Part shown: piece by piece, positions 35,721 to 47,900 of the stretch
How the letters are laid out: each line of letters begins with the position of its first letter
Position numbering within the stretch: position 1 is the stretch's first letter
Source: Craspedostauros australis
Lineage: Eukaryota
NCBI GenBank assembly: GCA_030167865.1
Contig: JALAGF010003145.1
Span: 1-64,000, forward strand
Direction of reading: 5' to 3'
Length of the DNA: 64,000 nucleotides
The notes under the pieces: model-generated
Seen by the model: the letters and a program-made list of their open reading frames with translations, nothing else
Database searches by the model: none
What the model was told of the DNA's origin: nothing
Program-made: the position numbers and the translations under genes

Positions 35721-36923
35721 ATGGTGAAATTGAATCTCTCGCTCGCGCTGGTCTCAGCGTCCACACTGTCAATATTCGTCGCCGAGGGCTTTGCCCCAGC
35801 AACGCAACCATCGCGACGAATGACGGCCATCGCACAGTCCTCCAAGGCGGCGACGGACACCGAGACCGCCTCCTCCAGCATGGCATCGCCAAAGCGCGAG
35901 AAGATCCTCAAGGAACCAGCCTTGTGGGAGTACAACTTCGGACTGCAGGACCCAGAGCTCGCACTGCCCCACGGAATCGTGAGGGACGTCACTGCCCCGG
36001 AGAAGTACCAGCTCACCGAGGCGCAGATCCAGACGCTGGAGGAGGACGGCGTCGTCCACATCAAGGGCGTCTTCGACGAGGAATGGGTCGACTACCTAAG
36101 ACAGGCCACGGCCCACCAGGTCGACGAACCCCACTTCTGGGCCTTCGCGGGCACCGCCTCGCGCCTCTATGACTACATCCAGCGCAACGTCTGGCAGACC
36201 AACAGCGCCTTTGCCAGGTTCTACTACCACTCTGCCATGGGCCACGTCCTCGCGCAGTGCGGACGCACGGACGAAATCAGAATCTCCACGGACCTCCTCA
36301 TGGTCAACCCCAACAAGGGATTCAAGTGGCATCAGGACAACCAGAACGGGCCCATCAACTGGGATGAGGGCATCCGCTTCTGGATCACCATGGACGAGAC
36401 CCCCAAGGACTACGGCGCCCCCGTCTACCTCAAGGGATCGCACAGAAACGACGTGGTGGACGACCAGGCCGTCTTCGTCGACATCGAGCAGGACGGTCTG
36501 GAGGACTACAAGGAGGACCTGCTGGAGTTCCGCACCATGCCAGGCGACATGCTCATATGGCATCCGCGAACCATCCACAAAGTTGACGGACCTTCCGACG
36601 GGATTTGGACCACCTACCGAAGGGTCCTGGGCGGCACCGCCGCCAAGGGCGGATCGGTCTACCACGACAAGCGCGGCAGCGGCGGCGTCCTCTCCGACCT
36701 CGGACGTCACGGCCTCAACGACGGCGACGACCTCGATTCCTCCTTCTTCCCCATGGTCTTCCCGCACTTCAAATCCGACGAGGCCGCCGAGCGCGATTCC
36801 GGCAAGGTCGGTCGCAACCCCGTCGACATTGTCTCCAAGATCGGCGGACTCGCCACGAAGGCATCCGGCGAGCGGTTCAGTTCATTCTTTCAGGTTCTCG
36901 GCAGCAAGAGCTCGTCGTCGTAG
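35721..36923 (+). CDS. Plastid-targeted phytanoyl-CoA dioxygenase (PhyH)-family 2OG/Fe(II) dioxygenase; candidate chlorophyll c synthase
   Basis: Signal peptide plus AEG-FAP cleavage motif and transit peptide. LTEAQIQTLEEDGVVHIKGVF, WHQD, WITMD, GSH, PGDMLIWHPRTIH and RR. Very strong C-ending codon bias. Confidence 0.85.
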   Translation: MVKLNLSLALVSASTLSIFVAEGFAPATQPSRRMTAIAQSSKAATDTETASSSMASPKREKILKEPALWEYNFGLQDPELALPHGIVRDVTAPEKYQLTEAQIQTLEEDGVVHIKGVFDEEWVDYLRQATAHQVDEPHFWAFAGTASRLYDYIQRNVWQTNSAFARFYYHSAMGHVLAQCGRTDEIRISTDLLMVNPNKGFKWHQDNQNGPINWDEGIRFWITMDETPKDYGAPVYLKGSHRNDVVDDQAVFVDIEQDGLEDYKEDLLEFRTMPGDMLIWHPRTIHKVDGPSDGIWTTYRRVLGGTAAKGGSVYHDKRGSGGVLSDLGRHGLNDGDDLDSSFFPMVFPHFKSDEAAERDSGKVGRNPVDIVSKIGGLATKASGERFSSFFQVLGSKSSSS

Positions 36924-37474
36924 GTTCCAGCAGAACAAGGATTTCATCCATCCTTGTCCCTCTGGTCACACCGACCAGCGTCCTCGGTTCTCGTTGCGAC
37001 CGAAGGCGTTCTCTCCGTACAGTACAGCATAGCACAACATAGCGCAGTACGCTACGCCATCACAACAACCACCAAGCCATTTCGCAACGCAACACACTGT
37101 AAATTCACATATAACCCTAATCTAGAGAAGATAACCTCCTTTGTCTTCGCACACACACACATGCACCGATTCTTTAATACACCATCACGACACACCATGA
37201 TGATGGAAACGCGCTCTACGAAGACGGAGATTCGAAAGTGCGGAAGGAAACTACCGATGCACATTGGGCTGGCTCGGCATCACCTACATACCCTTTGCTA
37301 TCCGTAAGACCCAATACCCAAGCCAGAGTGCACATCTCTCATTGTATCGTATCCAACAGCAGCATACAATCGGTCGTACTTGATGAGTTGGTACTTATCA
37401 ATATTGGAACTAGTTTTACTACATTCCTGAATAAGGACAGTGTGGCATCCTTCTATACGATCAGCTATCGCTTC

Positions 37475-40400
37475 TTAGTTGCTGACGTTTGCTTCGGCAG
37501 CTGACTTCCACTCCGCGACGAGCGGTTTGCAGGCGTCGAGTCCCTCGACTGTCGTCCAAGTCAGCGTGCTCAGTTCGTTCGCACTCGGCGATGGTCCAGT
37601 CAACGCGTTCATCTCGATCAGCACGAGGATCACGTTGCGAAGATGCTCCAGTGCCAGTTCAGTCGCGGCCTTTGTCACCGCACCGTCAGTGCCTGCAGAC
37701 GGCTGGCCGTCCTCTGCTCCTCCTGCGCTCGTGCCGGACAGAACCTGCTTCAGCACCGTCAGCACCGACTTCCACAACGCCAATAGCACCGAACTATCTT
37801 CGGCGATGACGGTCTTCATGTGGTGCCTCAACGGCTTGAAGATCAGACCCACGCACAGCTCAAGTTCGATCATGATCTCGTCGTACGAACCCGAGGACTG
37901 TGGGCTCTGCTTCATCTGCACGATCCTTCGGCCGGCAAGAGGTATGCACACCTCCACCAGCACGGTGCTGAGATGTTCCACCGGGATGGCGGCGCCGCGT
38001 TTGTCCAAGAACGAATCCGCGAGGATGGAGAGGGCATGCTGTCTCACACTCTGCGGAAGAAGCGCAGCATGTGGGTGGAGTGTACGGTTGTGTGCCAAAG
38101 GCAAACAAAAAAGGAAATCAAGAACACGCATTGTACCCAAAGGACAATGACGATAACAGCGTTGGCAACAGGACGGACAGGTGCGAAGAAGTGAGAAACA
38201 CGATGGATTGTCAAGAAAGCATTGCACTCGTAGAGTAGCCTTGCTTGCTTTCAAGCAGCACAGCAGCATTTTCTGCCACGATCACAATCACCATCACAAT
38301 GAACCACATTCGTGTGTACATGTATGCATGCATGCATCACTGCACGCACACTTACCGAGTATGAGTTGAGCTCTGCCGTCGTGGCCAGAGTCTCGACGAC
38401 CGGCCTCCAGCAAGTCAGCCAGAGACTATCGTGTGCACTTCGCATCTCCTTGCCATTGTTGATGAACCCAACCTTCCCGTTCACGGCCTGGAGCAGATCG
38501 AGTGCTGCGATGGCGAGCTTCGGACAACGCCGTCTGTCACCGGCCATGATCAGAACACGGATACTGTTCACGACGGATGGTGGGACTTCCTCCTTAACTT
38601 CGGACACGTTCACGATGTAGTGGAGCGTCCTGTAGGCCTGCAAGGCCGGGTCATTCTCGGCAAGGCCCACGGAACGTCCGATGCCTGAATGGATCGGTTC
38701 CAGCAGGCTACCGCGGTAGGTGCACCACATGACGAGGCTGAGAAGTCCCTCCCATCCGTGGCTGGACAGCTTCGTGCCCTCGTCGATGTTCCTTGCGATC
38801 CTCCACAAGCCTTCGCCCAGGTGCCCATCCAGCGAGGCAAGGGCGTACATGGATGCACCGTCCACTTCCTTGGATGGGTCGAGGGCGGTGAAGACTGACA
38901 GGATATCGCTGCTCACGCCTTCACGTTGCACGGCACAGCAGCATATCCTCAGCAATCCGGTAATGCACTTCTCCAAGCCTGCATCCATCGGGAGCATCTT
39001 CGCTTTGTCTGCTTCAGGAACGAGCTTGCACAGCACCTCCAGCCGCGACACGTAGTGGCGTCGCAGATGCTGCTGCCACAGCAGCGTCAGTCGGTCGCGA
39101 TTCCTCAACGCGATTTCGCAAATCAATACTTCCGCGAAGGCTTCCGATGCTGGAGACAAGGGGGTGGTGGCCGAAACGGGCATGGACGAACCAGCCGCCT
39201 GCTTGCCCCTGTTGCCTGACTTGCGCTGTGCGCACGCACCTTGTATCAAGGACACGAGGGCGTACAGCACGTTGCCAATGCCATCAACGTCCATGAACCG
39301 AGTATCCGAAACGATGCCCGAGAAGTTGCAAGCTCGAGCCACTCGCTTTCGCGAACGGGCTCTTGGCGACAGCATCATGCTCTGTGTCTCGTCCGCACGT
39401 TCGAGTCCAGTCACGGGGGTTTCACGTCGCTGATTAATCAGCATGTCCTCATGCACGAGCTGACTCTCGAACCTCGCGCCGACCGTCATGTGGCCGTTGC
39501 CACGCGTGAGGTACTCCGTTTCTTCGCCGTCTTCGCCTTCGTCCTCATCGTCGCTGGGGGACAGGTCGTCCCAGACGTACAGCTCCTCCTTGCCGTGTAC
39601 GGTCTTTTCGGCAGGATCTCGGAAGACTGTCTCAGACGGATCAGTGGCCATCGGTTGCTCCGTGCTTCCGAACAGGGCACGTCCGACGGAACCAAAGATT
39701 GAGGAAACGCCCATGGAGGCCGAATCGTCCTGCATCGCGTCCTCTCTTCCACCCTTCAGAAGCTTCACAGTCCAGATCTTCCTGGCGTCTTCGCGCAGCA
39801 GGTCAGGATCGCTCTCCATCAGGATGCTTTTGGCGCGGGTCGCCACGCCACCTCCCAGCATCCTCAGATCGCGGAGTTCGAAGATCATGGACCACACCAT
39901 CTTCCAGCCTTCCTGCCCAATCTCATCGCCAGCCTCGCGGGCAATCTTGAACGCCGCGAGGAAGGCGCTCTGGCATTCGACCGAGTTGGAGAAGGCCCAT
40001 CCTCGTTGCGTGCCGTCCGATGTGTAATCGAGCAGGCCAGTGAAGTGGCACACGCATTTGAACATCTTGCGGAAGATGTCGTTTCTCGATAGCTTGCGCA
40101 CACCCAGCAGCATCTCCAGGGCCATGTCCATGCCCAACCGTGCGCCTTGAGCGCCGAGCATACCGCTGACGTTGCCCTCGTTGCTTGGTGACAAAGGTTG
40201 GCCGAAGTCGATGGCCTTGTTCACGTTCCACAACGCGGCCACCGACGACATGATGGGCATCCAGACGTGTTCGAGCACGAGCTCGGAAAGGTCTTCCGCA
40301 TCGTGCTCCGATGGCTGCATGTTCGATGTATTCTCGTCCTCCGTGGAACCCCGCATCACATCCTTCCAGCGCTCCACAGTCATGGAGCCATCCGCGCCTT

Positions 40401-43400
40401 CGCCCTCCGTGCGGATCTGCTCCAGGCGGATGCTGTCGTAGATGGCCTCGAGGTATTCGCGGGGGAATTCCTCACCCGGCTCCATGATGTCACGGCCGTA
40501 GTTGGTGTTATTGCGCACGAAGTCCTTCTTGCTCATCTTGCGATCCTCGCGGATGTTTTCGTTATGCTGATCGGTGTTGAGCATGATGATGCTGAACGAC
40601 AGGAGATACGCTGCGTCGCTGGCTCTCTTGGGATCCGAAGAGAACAACCCCTGCTTGGTCTCTTCACAAGCGGTGACGCAAGATTCGGCAAAGTTCTGGA
40701 GGATGCGATCGATTTGTTGCGATTCGCCTGGCAGGCGGAATGACGCGAGGAACATTCGGAGGCCGTCCAGCAGCGACTGTCCTTCGAAGCGGAACAGCGA
40801 GCAGTACGCCTCCAGCGCTTCCTTGTGGAAAAAGTCGCGTTCCCAGGTTGGCGGAGATTTGCCGGATTGTGGCTTCTTGCCACTCTCGCCGAGGTAGGCG
40901 CCGACCGCTTCCTTGGCGAGGCCGACCACGATTCCGTTTCGGAGGAAGGAGGCCACGCTCCTGGGTGTGGGCGGATCGGCGATGAGGCCGGATGACACCA
41001 AGAAGGCGATGCCCTTGGTGGCCTTCTTGTTGAACAGTTGAGCCGCACGTCGCATCAATCGTTTCTGCGACTTGATGGCGCGCAGCTGGTGAGATCCTTG
41101 CGCCTTTTTCAGCATCTCGGTTTGCGACAAGGACGAGGGTGCCTCCTCCATGTGGTCGGGGAGGATGGATTGCCGTTGCATGCGCTCGATGCGCGTTTGC
41201 TCGCTGGGGTGATCGTCCTGGAACATGCACTTCATGCCGCCGATGATCGCCTCTGCGCACAGCTCCTTGAGGTGCGGCGGAACCTGACGGTGCTGCGATG
41301 CTGCTGCCCCATCCGGACCCGGCGGCAGATCGGTGTTCACGGTCGGTGGCGCCGAGGATGGTGTGCCTGATGGTGGCAACGACGCACCAACAGCGTTTGC
41401 CTTGTCTGCGGCTCCAGCAGCAGTCGGTGCCGGGTTGTTGCCATCACTTGCGACGCCTGCTGCGCCGGATTGCAAGGCTCTGACGACTGCCTTGTCTGCG
41501 TTGACGACGGCATCGCCATGGACGGACGGTTCGATCCGATCGCCTTCCTCGTCGACGCTGGATCCGGTGCAGCGGCACAGCTCCATGAAGAGGCCGACGG
41601 CCACATCGGATCGCTTCAAGTTGCAGTCGTAGGTGACGAAGAGGCGTTCGATGGCGCCTCCGTCACCCTCCGCGATGTTGTGCTTGTGATCATGCAGGGA
41701 CAGGATGTCCACGAGGGATTCCAGGATGACCTCCATGCCAGCATCGAACACCATGTTGGCATGGAACGTGAGGGAGTCCTGCGGCACTGTGCGCCGCCGC
41801 AGCAAGACCAGGGCTCTCTGGTAAAAGCCGGTGAAGATGGTCTCAAACTGCGAGACCAGGTACTTACGCAGCGACGCTGTTGTCCAAAGGGTTGAGAGGG
41901 TGGAGCAGATCTCGGACAGGACCTCGAGGGAGATGAATCCTGGCGACATGCTGGGGTTGTCATGGTTCATCCAAATGGCCTGGCCCGTCATGAGGAGCGC
42001 CAAACAGAGATCGTCCTGGACGATCTGCAGCAAGCTGCGATCTTCGATGGACACCGCCGCGTCCTGGTCGGCGTTGGACTCCGTGCCGCCATCTGCATTT
42101 TGGACTGCGGCGACGGTCGTGGATGGCACGGGGGTTGCGGCTGCTGCTTCCAAGACGTCGTCATCGACATCGGTGAAGATGTGACGCAACGCGCATCGCG
42201 TGAGGCGCAGACAGAGAACGCGTGTTGCATCGTGCGCCAGCTGCGCGTCGCGTGACGCCTCATCGTCTCCGCTCAGCATGGGCGTGTGCAGGAGCTGGTT
42301 GACCAAGAATTCCAGGATGAGTCGTGCGGTGACGTCCCTCTGGCTCTTGTCGCGAATGTCGGCAAAGACGCTGACGACCATGCTGGTGAGGACGTCTTCG
42401 AAGTGGTAGCACAAGGCTGGGGAATGGACGAAGGTGTTACGAGTGATGAAGACCGTGTTGAAGGCATCCATCAAGGTCGTTGGCAGGATGGATCTGCGAT
42501 CCAGCCGTACCAGCAGAGCGAGGAGGTCAGCGATCGCCATCTCCACGGCTTCGTCAGCACCGGCATCCGTCTGCTCGAATTTGCAGCTGAGGACGCCCTT
42601 TGCCAGAGCCTCCAGCTGGCAGGGGAAAGCAAGGGGTTTGGCCGAAGCCGTGGAGGATGTGCGTTTCAACAGCGGAGATGGCGACGGTGGCTGCAACGAG
42701 GGCGATGCAGACGGCGTGGAAGGTGGCATCGGCGGCATGACCCTGTTCGAAGGCTGCAAGGAAGAACGTTCCAGCAGCCTGTACAACGCACGCAGCGCCA
42801 CAAGCGTGTGCGGACCAGCGGCTCTGGGGTCCATGATGACAGATAGGAAGGGTCTTGCGAATGGCCCCGCATCTTGCGGCGTTTGATGCGGTGCGTTCAA
42901 GTGGCTGGGCTGTCCATGTGAAGGCGATCCAGCCGGAGAGACGTAGTGATGTGGCAAGTGGACGGGATGTGGGCGCTGCGCATCTCCCACGCGCATGTCG
43001 TGCGCTGCCTGCTGTTGCAGATGCATCGCCTCGCGCTGTTGCACCAGCACTGCGCCATCCTCATCCAGCACCTCTTCGTCGTCCACCGTGGAGGGTGGCA
43101 TTGTCTCGGAGTCCGTTGCGGTCGCCGTAGTTGTCGAAGCGACGGATGGTGCGGCGGTGGGTTGCGATGGATCGAAATGCGATTGGGGAGGCATGACATT
43201 CTGAGCTGTGTTGGCGTTCACCATGGTGGGTGGTGGTGCCGTGAGCAGCGATGGGTCCCCGAGGCAATGCTTGACGAGCTGGCGCAAGTCCATGAGATCC
43301 TGCGCCAGGTCTCCACGTGCCACGTTGGGCGGTCCTCCACGCAGCGAGGTGAGCACAACGCGGGCCTCCTGACACAGGTGCCGAGCCGCGGTCAATCCGC

Positions 43401-43560
43401 CATTGGGAGCCGCATCGCCCATGGCTCCAGATTGTCTGATTCCCTGCCCCCGCGAATGAGCACGAGGGTGGCCTTGTCCCACCGATCCAGATGCCGACGG
43501 TGCCGCAGATTGGTGCGAATCGATGGAAAGGCTCCCCATGGATCCAACCAGATGCGCCAT
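37475..43560 (-). CDS. Large Sec7-domain ARF guanine-nucleotide exchange factor, GBF1/GNOM type
   Basis: Exons 43560-38356 and 38050-37475 (GTAAGT..CAG intron). DCB-like CKFEQTD, HUS-like TYDCNL, Sec7 FRLPGESQQIDRIL and IIMLNTDQHN, plus IALRNRDR. Confidence 0.93.
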
Positions 43561-44920
43561 GGCCTGTTCCGATGCTGTTCCGATGCTGTTCGTGCAGTAT
43601 TATGATCTGAGAATGTGATCTGAGACGATCTTCACACAAGAATCGCCGCCAGCCGCCGTCTGACAGCAGATGAGCGTCTGACTTTGCCTCGTCTTGTGCT
43701 GTCCTGGTGAGACGTGGTTTCGCACAGCTTTGTGTGGCTCGGTCCTGTTCAATTCTGTCCAGACCCGGCGTGGATCGTGTCGAATGTGTTGAAAGTGTTG
43801 GACGTTGTTGCTGCTGCTGCTGCTGCTAATGTTATCTCTGTTGTCTCTGTTGCGTCTGCTGCCTTTGATGTTGTTGTACGCAATGGTTCTCACGTCTGCG
43901 ATGCTTCGTTGATCGCTGCGTGACCACGTCTCAGCAATCAGTGGTCTCTCTGCGGAATGCGAAGGAATGGGTGGAGAGAAATGACCAAGGACGTGTTGGT
44001 TTGGTGCAGATGAGTGGAGTCCTCAACTCTCAACTCTCTCGCACTCTCCTCTCCTCTATTCTACAATGATGTGCTTTCTCTGATCCAACTTGTGTATCAT
44101 CCAAGGCCACAATCAAACCACGCCTGAATCAAAGATTTGGAAATAGAGTGGAGTGGAGTAGAGTAGAGCAGAATAGATCGTGCAGTGTTCTCTTGTTCTT
44201 GCAGCTTCCAGAGCCTTGATCTGATGATCGTGTCGTTGCGGCTGAGGTTGCGATTGCGGTTGCGGTTGTTCTCCCACCAATGCCAGGCCTCTCGAATTGT
44301 GCGAGTCACTCTCTTGTGACTGTTGCTTCGTGAGTGGTTGTAGCCAACACGCCCTTTTGCTTTCCACACAAAATGGCAACGCCACAAAGTCCTTCACCAA
44401 AAAAGTGTCGCAGAGAGACGTTGGGTCATTATTGGAACTCCTGAATTAGAGCCTTAACAAGCACCTTAACTACAACGACAGTTTTTCAACCAATCGGAGT
44501 GGTCGTCTATCATTTTTGGCGCGAAATCTGTTGTGGTTGGTTTGTGTGGCGATGAACACGGTGTGAAGTTCTCGTTGTTTCTTTTCTTGTCGCTGTTGTG
44601 ATAGTCGTTGCTGTTGGTGTTGCTCCTTGCCGTCTGTTTCTTGGTGCGCAGATCGTATTCTATTCTACAATACTTCTTGCTCAAACGAACCCCACCAAGT
44701 ATTATAGTTCAGAGAAACCAAGAAGATCAGCATCATCACCATCTTTGGCGACCACCCTCCACAATATCATATTAGCAGCAGTGCGAAAGAGAGGTTGGCA
44801 ACACATTCGACGTCCCCCTTCCTACGACAAGCTCACATTGGTACACCAGCAAAGAACAGCGATACATACCCGCTTGTTCACCTTGCTGCTGCGCCATCCG
44901 TCTCAGAGCGACAAGCCACC

Positions 44921-47900
44921 ATGCCGGTGACGATCCTCGAACTCGAGAACTTCAAATCCTATGCAGGCATCCAGCGCATCGGTCCGTTCCGCTCCTTCAC
45001 GTCCATCATAGGACCCAACGGGAGCGGCAAGTCCAACGTCATGGACGCGCTGTCCTTCGTGCTGGGTCTGCAGTCCAAGGATCTGCGCAGCACCCATCTC
45101 AAGGACCTCATCTTCCGTCCACCCAAGCTCAGCAAGGCGCAGCAAGACAAGCTCACGGCGTCGGCGGCGATCATCTACGAGCTGGATGAAGCCGACCAGA
45201 AGCGTCTGAAGCAGAGCAGGAAGAAGCAGAAGCGTCGGCAGTCCAAGCGGGCCAAGCGAGCTGAAGGGGTCAAGGCCGGTGATGTCGGTGGTGACAAGGA
45301 GGCTGGCGATGACACTCGTACCGAGCAAGAGGCCTACAGCGACAGCGATGATGACAGTGACAGTGATAGCGACGATGAAAGCGTTGAAAGCGACGACGAC
45401 GAGGAAGGCGAGGAGGACGTGACGACCATCAAATTCCAGCGCACCATCTCTGCCAAGGGTGTGGCGCAGTACCTCGTCAACGGCAGCAAGATGACGCAGG
45501 CCCAGTACGTCCAGGAGCTGGCATCGATCGGCGTCCTCGTCAAGGCGCGCAACTTCCTCGTCTTTCAGGGCGACGTGGAGACCCTCGCACGCAAGTCGCC
45601 CACCGAGTTCGTGGACCTGCTCGAGAACGTGTCGGGATCGCGCGCGCTCAAGGACAACTACGACGAGGCGCTGCAAGCGAAGGAGCAGGCAGATGCCGCG
45701 AGACTGTTCTGCATCAAGAAGCAGAGCGGATTGAAGGGCGAACGGCGCTTGCTCAAGGAGCAGAAGGAGGAGGCGGATCGATTTCAGCGGTTGCAGCAGC
45801 AGCGTCAGCAGATTCAGACCGATCTCTACCTCTGGATGCTGTACCACATGGAGGCGGAGCGCAAGGACCGCGAGTCGCGTCTCGAGACCCTCGTCGAGGA
45901 CCTCAATACGCATCAGGAGGCGGAGCAGGAGCATACCATCGCGTTGAACGAGGCCAAGACGCAGGCGCAGACCGCCAGACAAACCACGTTGGTGGCGGAC
46001 AAGCGTCGGGCGGCGTTGGCCGAGGCGGTGGAACAGCTCGAGCCGTCCGTCATCGAGGCGGCGGAGCATGTCAAGACCTTGCAGAAGAAACTGGAGCAAG
46101 ATCGGAATCTGCTGCGCAAGAGAGAGGACCAGAAGCGGGTGCATGGGGCGAAGGTCCAGGAGCTGGAGACGGAGATTGCCGATTCCAGACAGACTCTGCA
46201 GTTGCTGGAGGACAACTACGAGAAGGCCAAGCGGGAGGCAACGCCGAACCAGCCCACCCTCACCAGACAGCAGGAAGAGGAGTATGATCAGGTCAAGGAG
46301 GCGGCGGCCGCGGCAAGTGTGGAGCTGCGGCGCACGGTTGCCACGAAGGCCAAGCAGCTCGAGCAGGAACGTGGCAGAGCCGGAGATGTCAGCAGCGAGA
46401 TTGATCGAAGGAAGAAGCAGAAGGAGACACTGGAACGCGAGATTCGCAACCTGCAGGAGCGCATCCAGAAGTTGGCCTCGGTACGTTCCAGCGCTTCATG
46501 CAGTGATTTGATTCGTGCTTTGTTCTATCTGTGGCAACAAGCTATGACTACGGCTGTGGTTGCATGTTGCTGGCGCTGCTGTTGCAACCTGCAGAGTACG
46601 TTGGACCTCAACCTCATTCTCATATTATCACCTTCCATTCATCGTGTTCGTCGATGAACATGCATCACGCATGCGTCGCCCATCATCCACAACACACACA
46701 ATGCAACACCTCTGGACTCAATACTCAGAGCATGACGACAACGAGCGCGGAACGAGAACAAGCAGCGCAACAGCTCGCAGAGGCGGAGCAGCAATCCCAG
46801 ACAGCTAATCAACAGAAGAGTCAACTGGAGGCGCAGATCGAAGAGATCGATGTCAAGTTGAGAGAAGTCCGAGAGGATCGGCGCAAGAACCGAGACGAAA
46901 AGAAGATGCTGCAGGCCATCCATTCGCTGAGACGTCACTTTCCGGGCGTTCTTGGACGTCTCGTGGACCTGTGTCGTCCCACACAGCGTCGGTTGAATCT
47001 CGCTGTCACCGTGGCAGCAGGCAAGGACATGGATTCCATCGTCGTGGATACGAAGCAAACGGCCATCGAATGCATCCGCTACCTCCGCGAACAGCGTGTG
47101 GGAACGGCCACCTTCCTGCCCCTGGACACCATCCAAACGCCAAGCCCCGAGTCGACGGAGAGAATCCGCTCGCGTCTCCCGCAAGGTGGACGATTCAGCC
47201 TTGCCGTTGACGTCATCACTTGCGATGACAGCATCAAGAAGGCTGTCAGCTACGCCGTCGGAAACACCGTGATTTGCGACACCCTCGATGCAGCGCGCGA
47301 ACTGTGCTTCGGACGAGCGTCCGGTGGTGGGAGACCAACCGAGCAGGCCAGAGTGAAGGCGGTCACATGGGGCGGTGCGGTCATTTCCAGAGCCGGTACG
47401 ATGACGGGTGGCGTCACGAGCGAAGACAGCCACAGGGCTGGTCGATTCGACGATCAAGTTCTGTCCCAGCTGCGAAGTCAACGGCAGGAGCTGGATCAGC
47501 AGCGCGCGAATCTTGATCGAGACACCACGGCAGGTGGTTCCGGCCGGCAGGCGGTGGGTCGATCCATGCGGTTGCAAGAGCTGCAGAACAGATACAATCA
47601 CCTCAAAAACAAGGTGGAGTTCATCAAGAGCGACTCCGAGTTCACCAGACAGCAGCTGGCGGAGAAGCAGCAATTGCTGCGATCTACCACACAGCAGCTG
47701 ACCCAGTCGGAACAGCGGTTGGTGGATGCCGAGCAGATGGTCACCAATCTGAACGCAGAGCTCACGCAAGCCGTCGACGACGTCAAGACCGCCGAAGACA
47801 GACACCTGGCGCCATTCCGCCAAGCAACCGGATTGCGCGATCTCCAAGCGTACGAACGCGCCATCGGCCAGCGTCGTGACGAATTCAACAAGAACAGACG

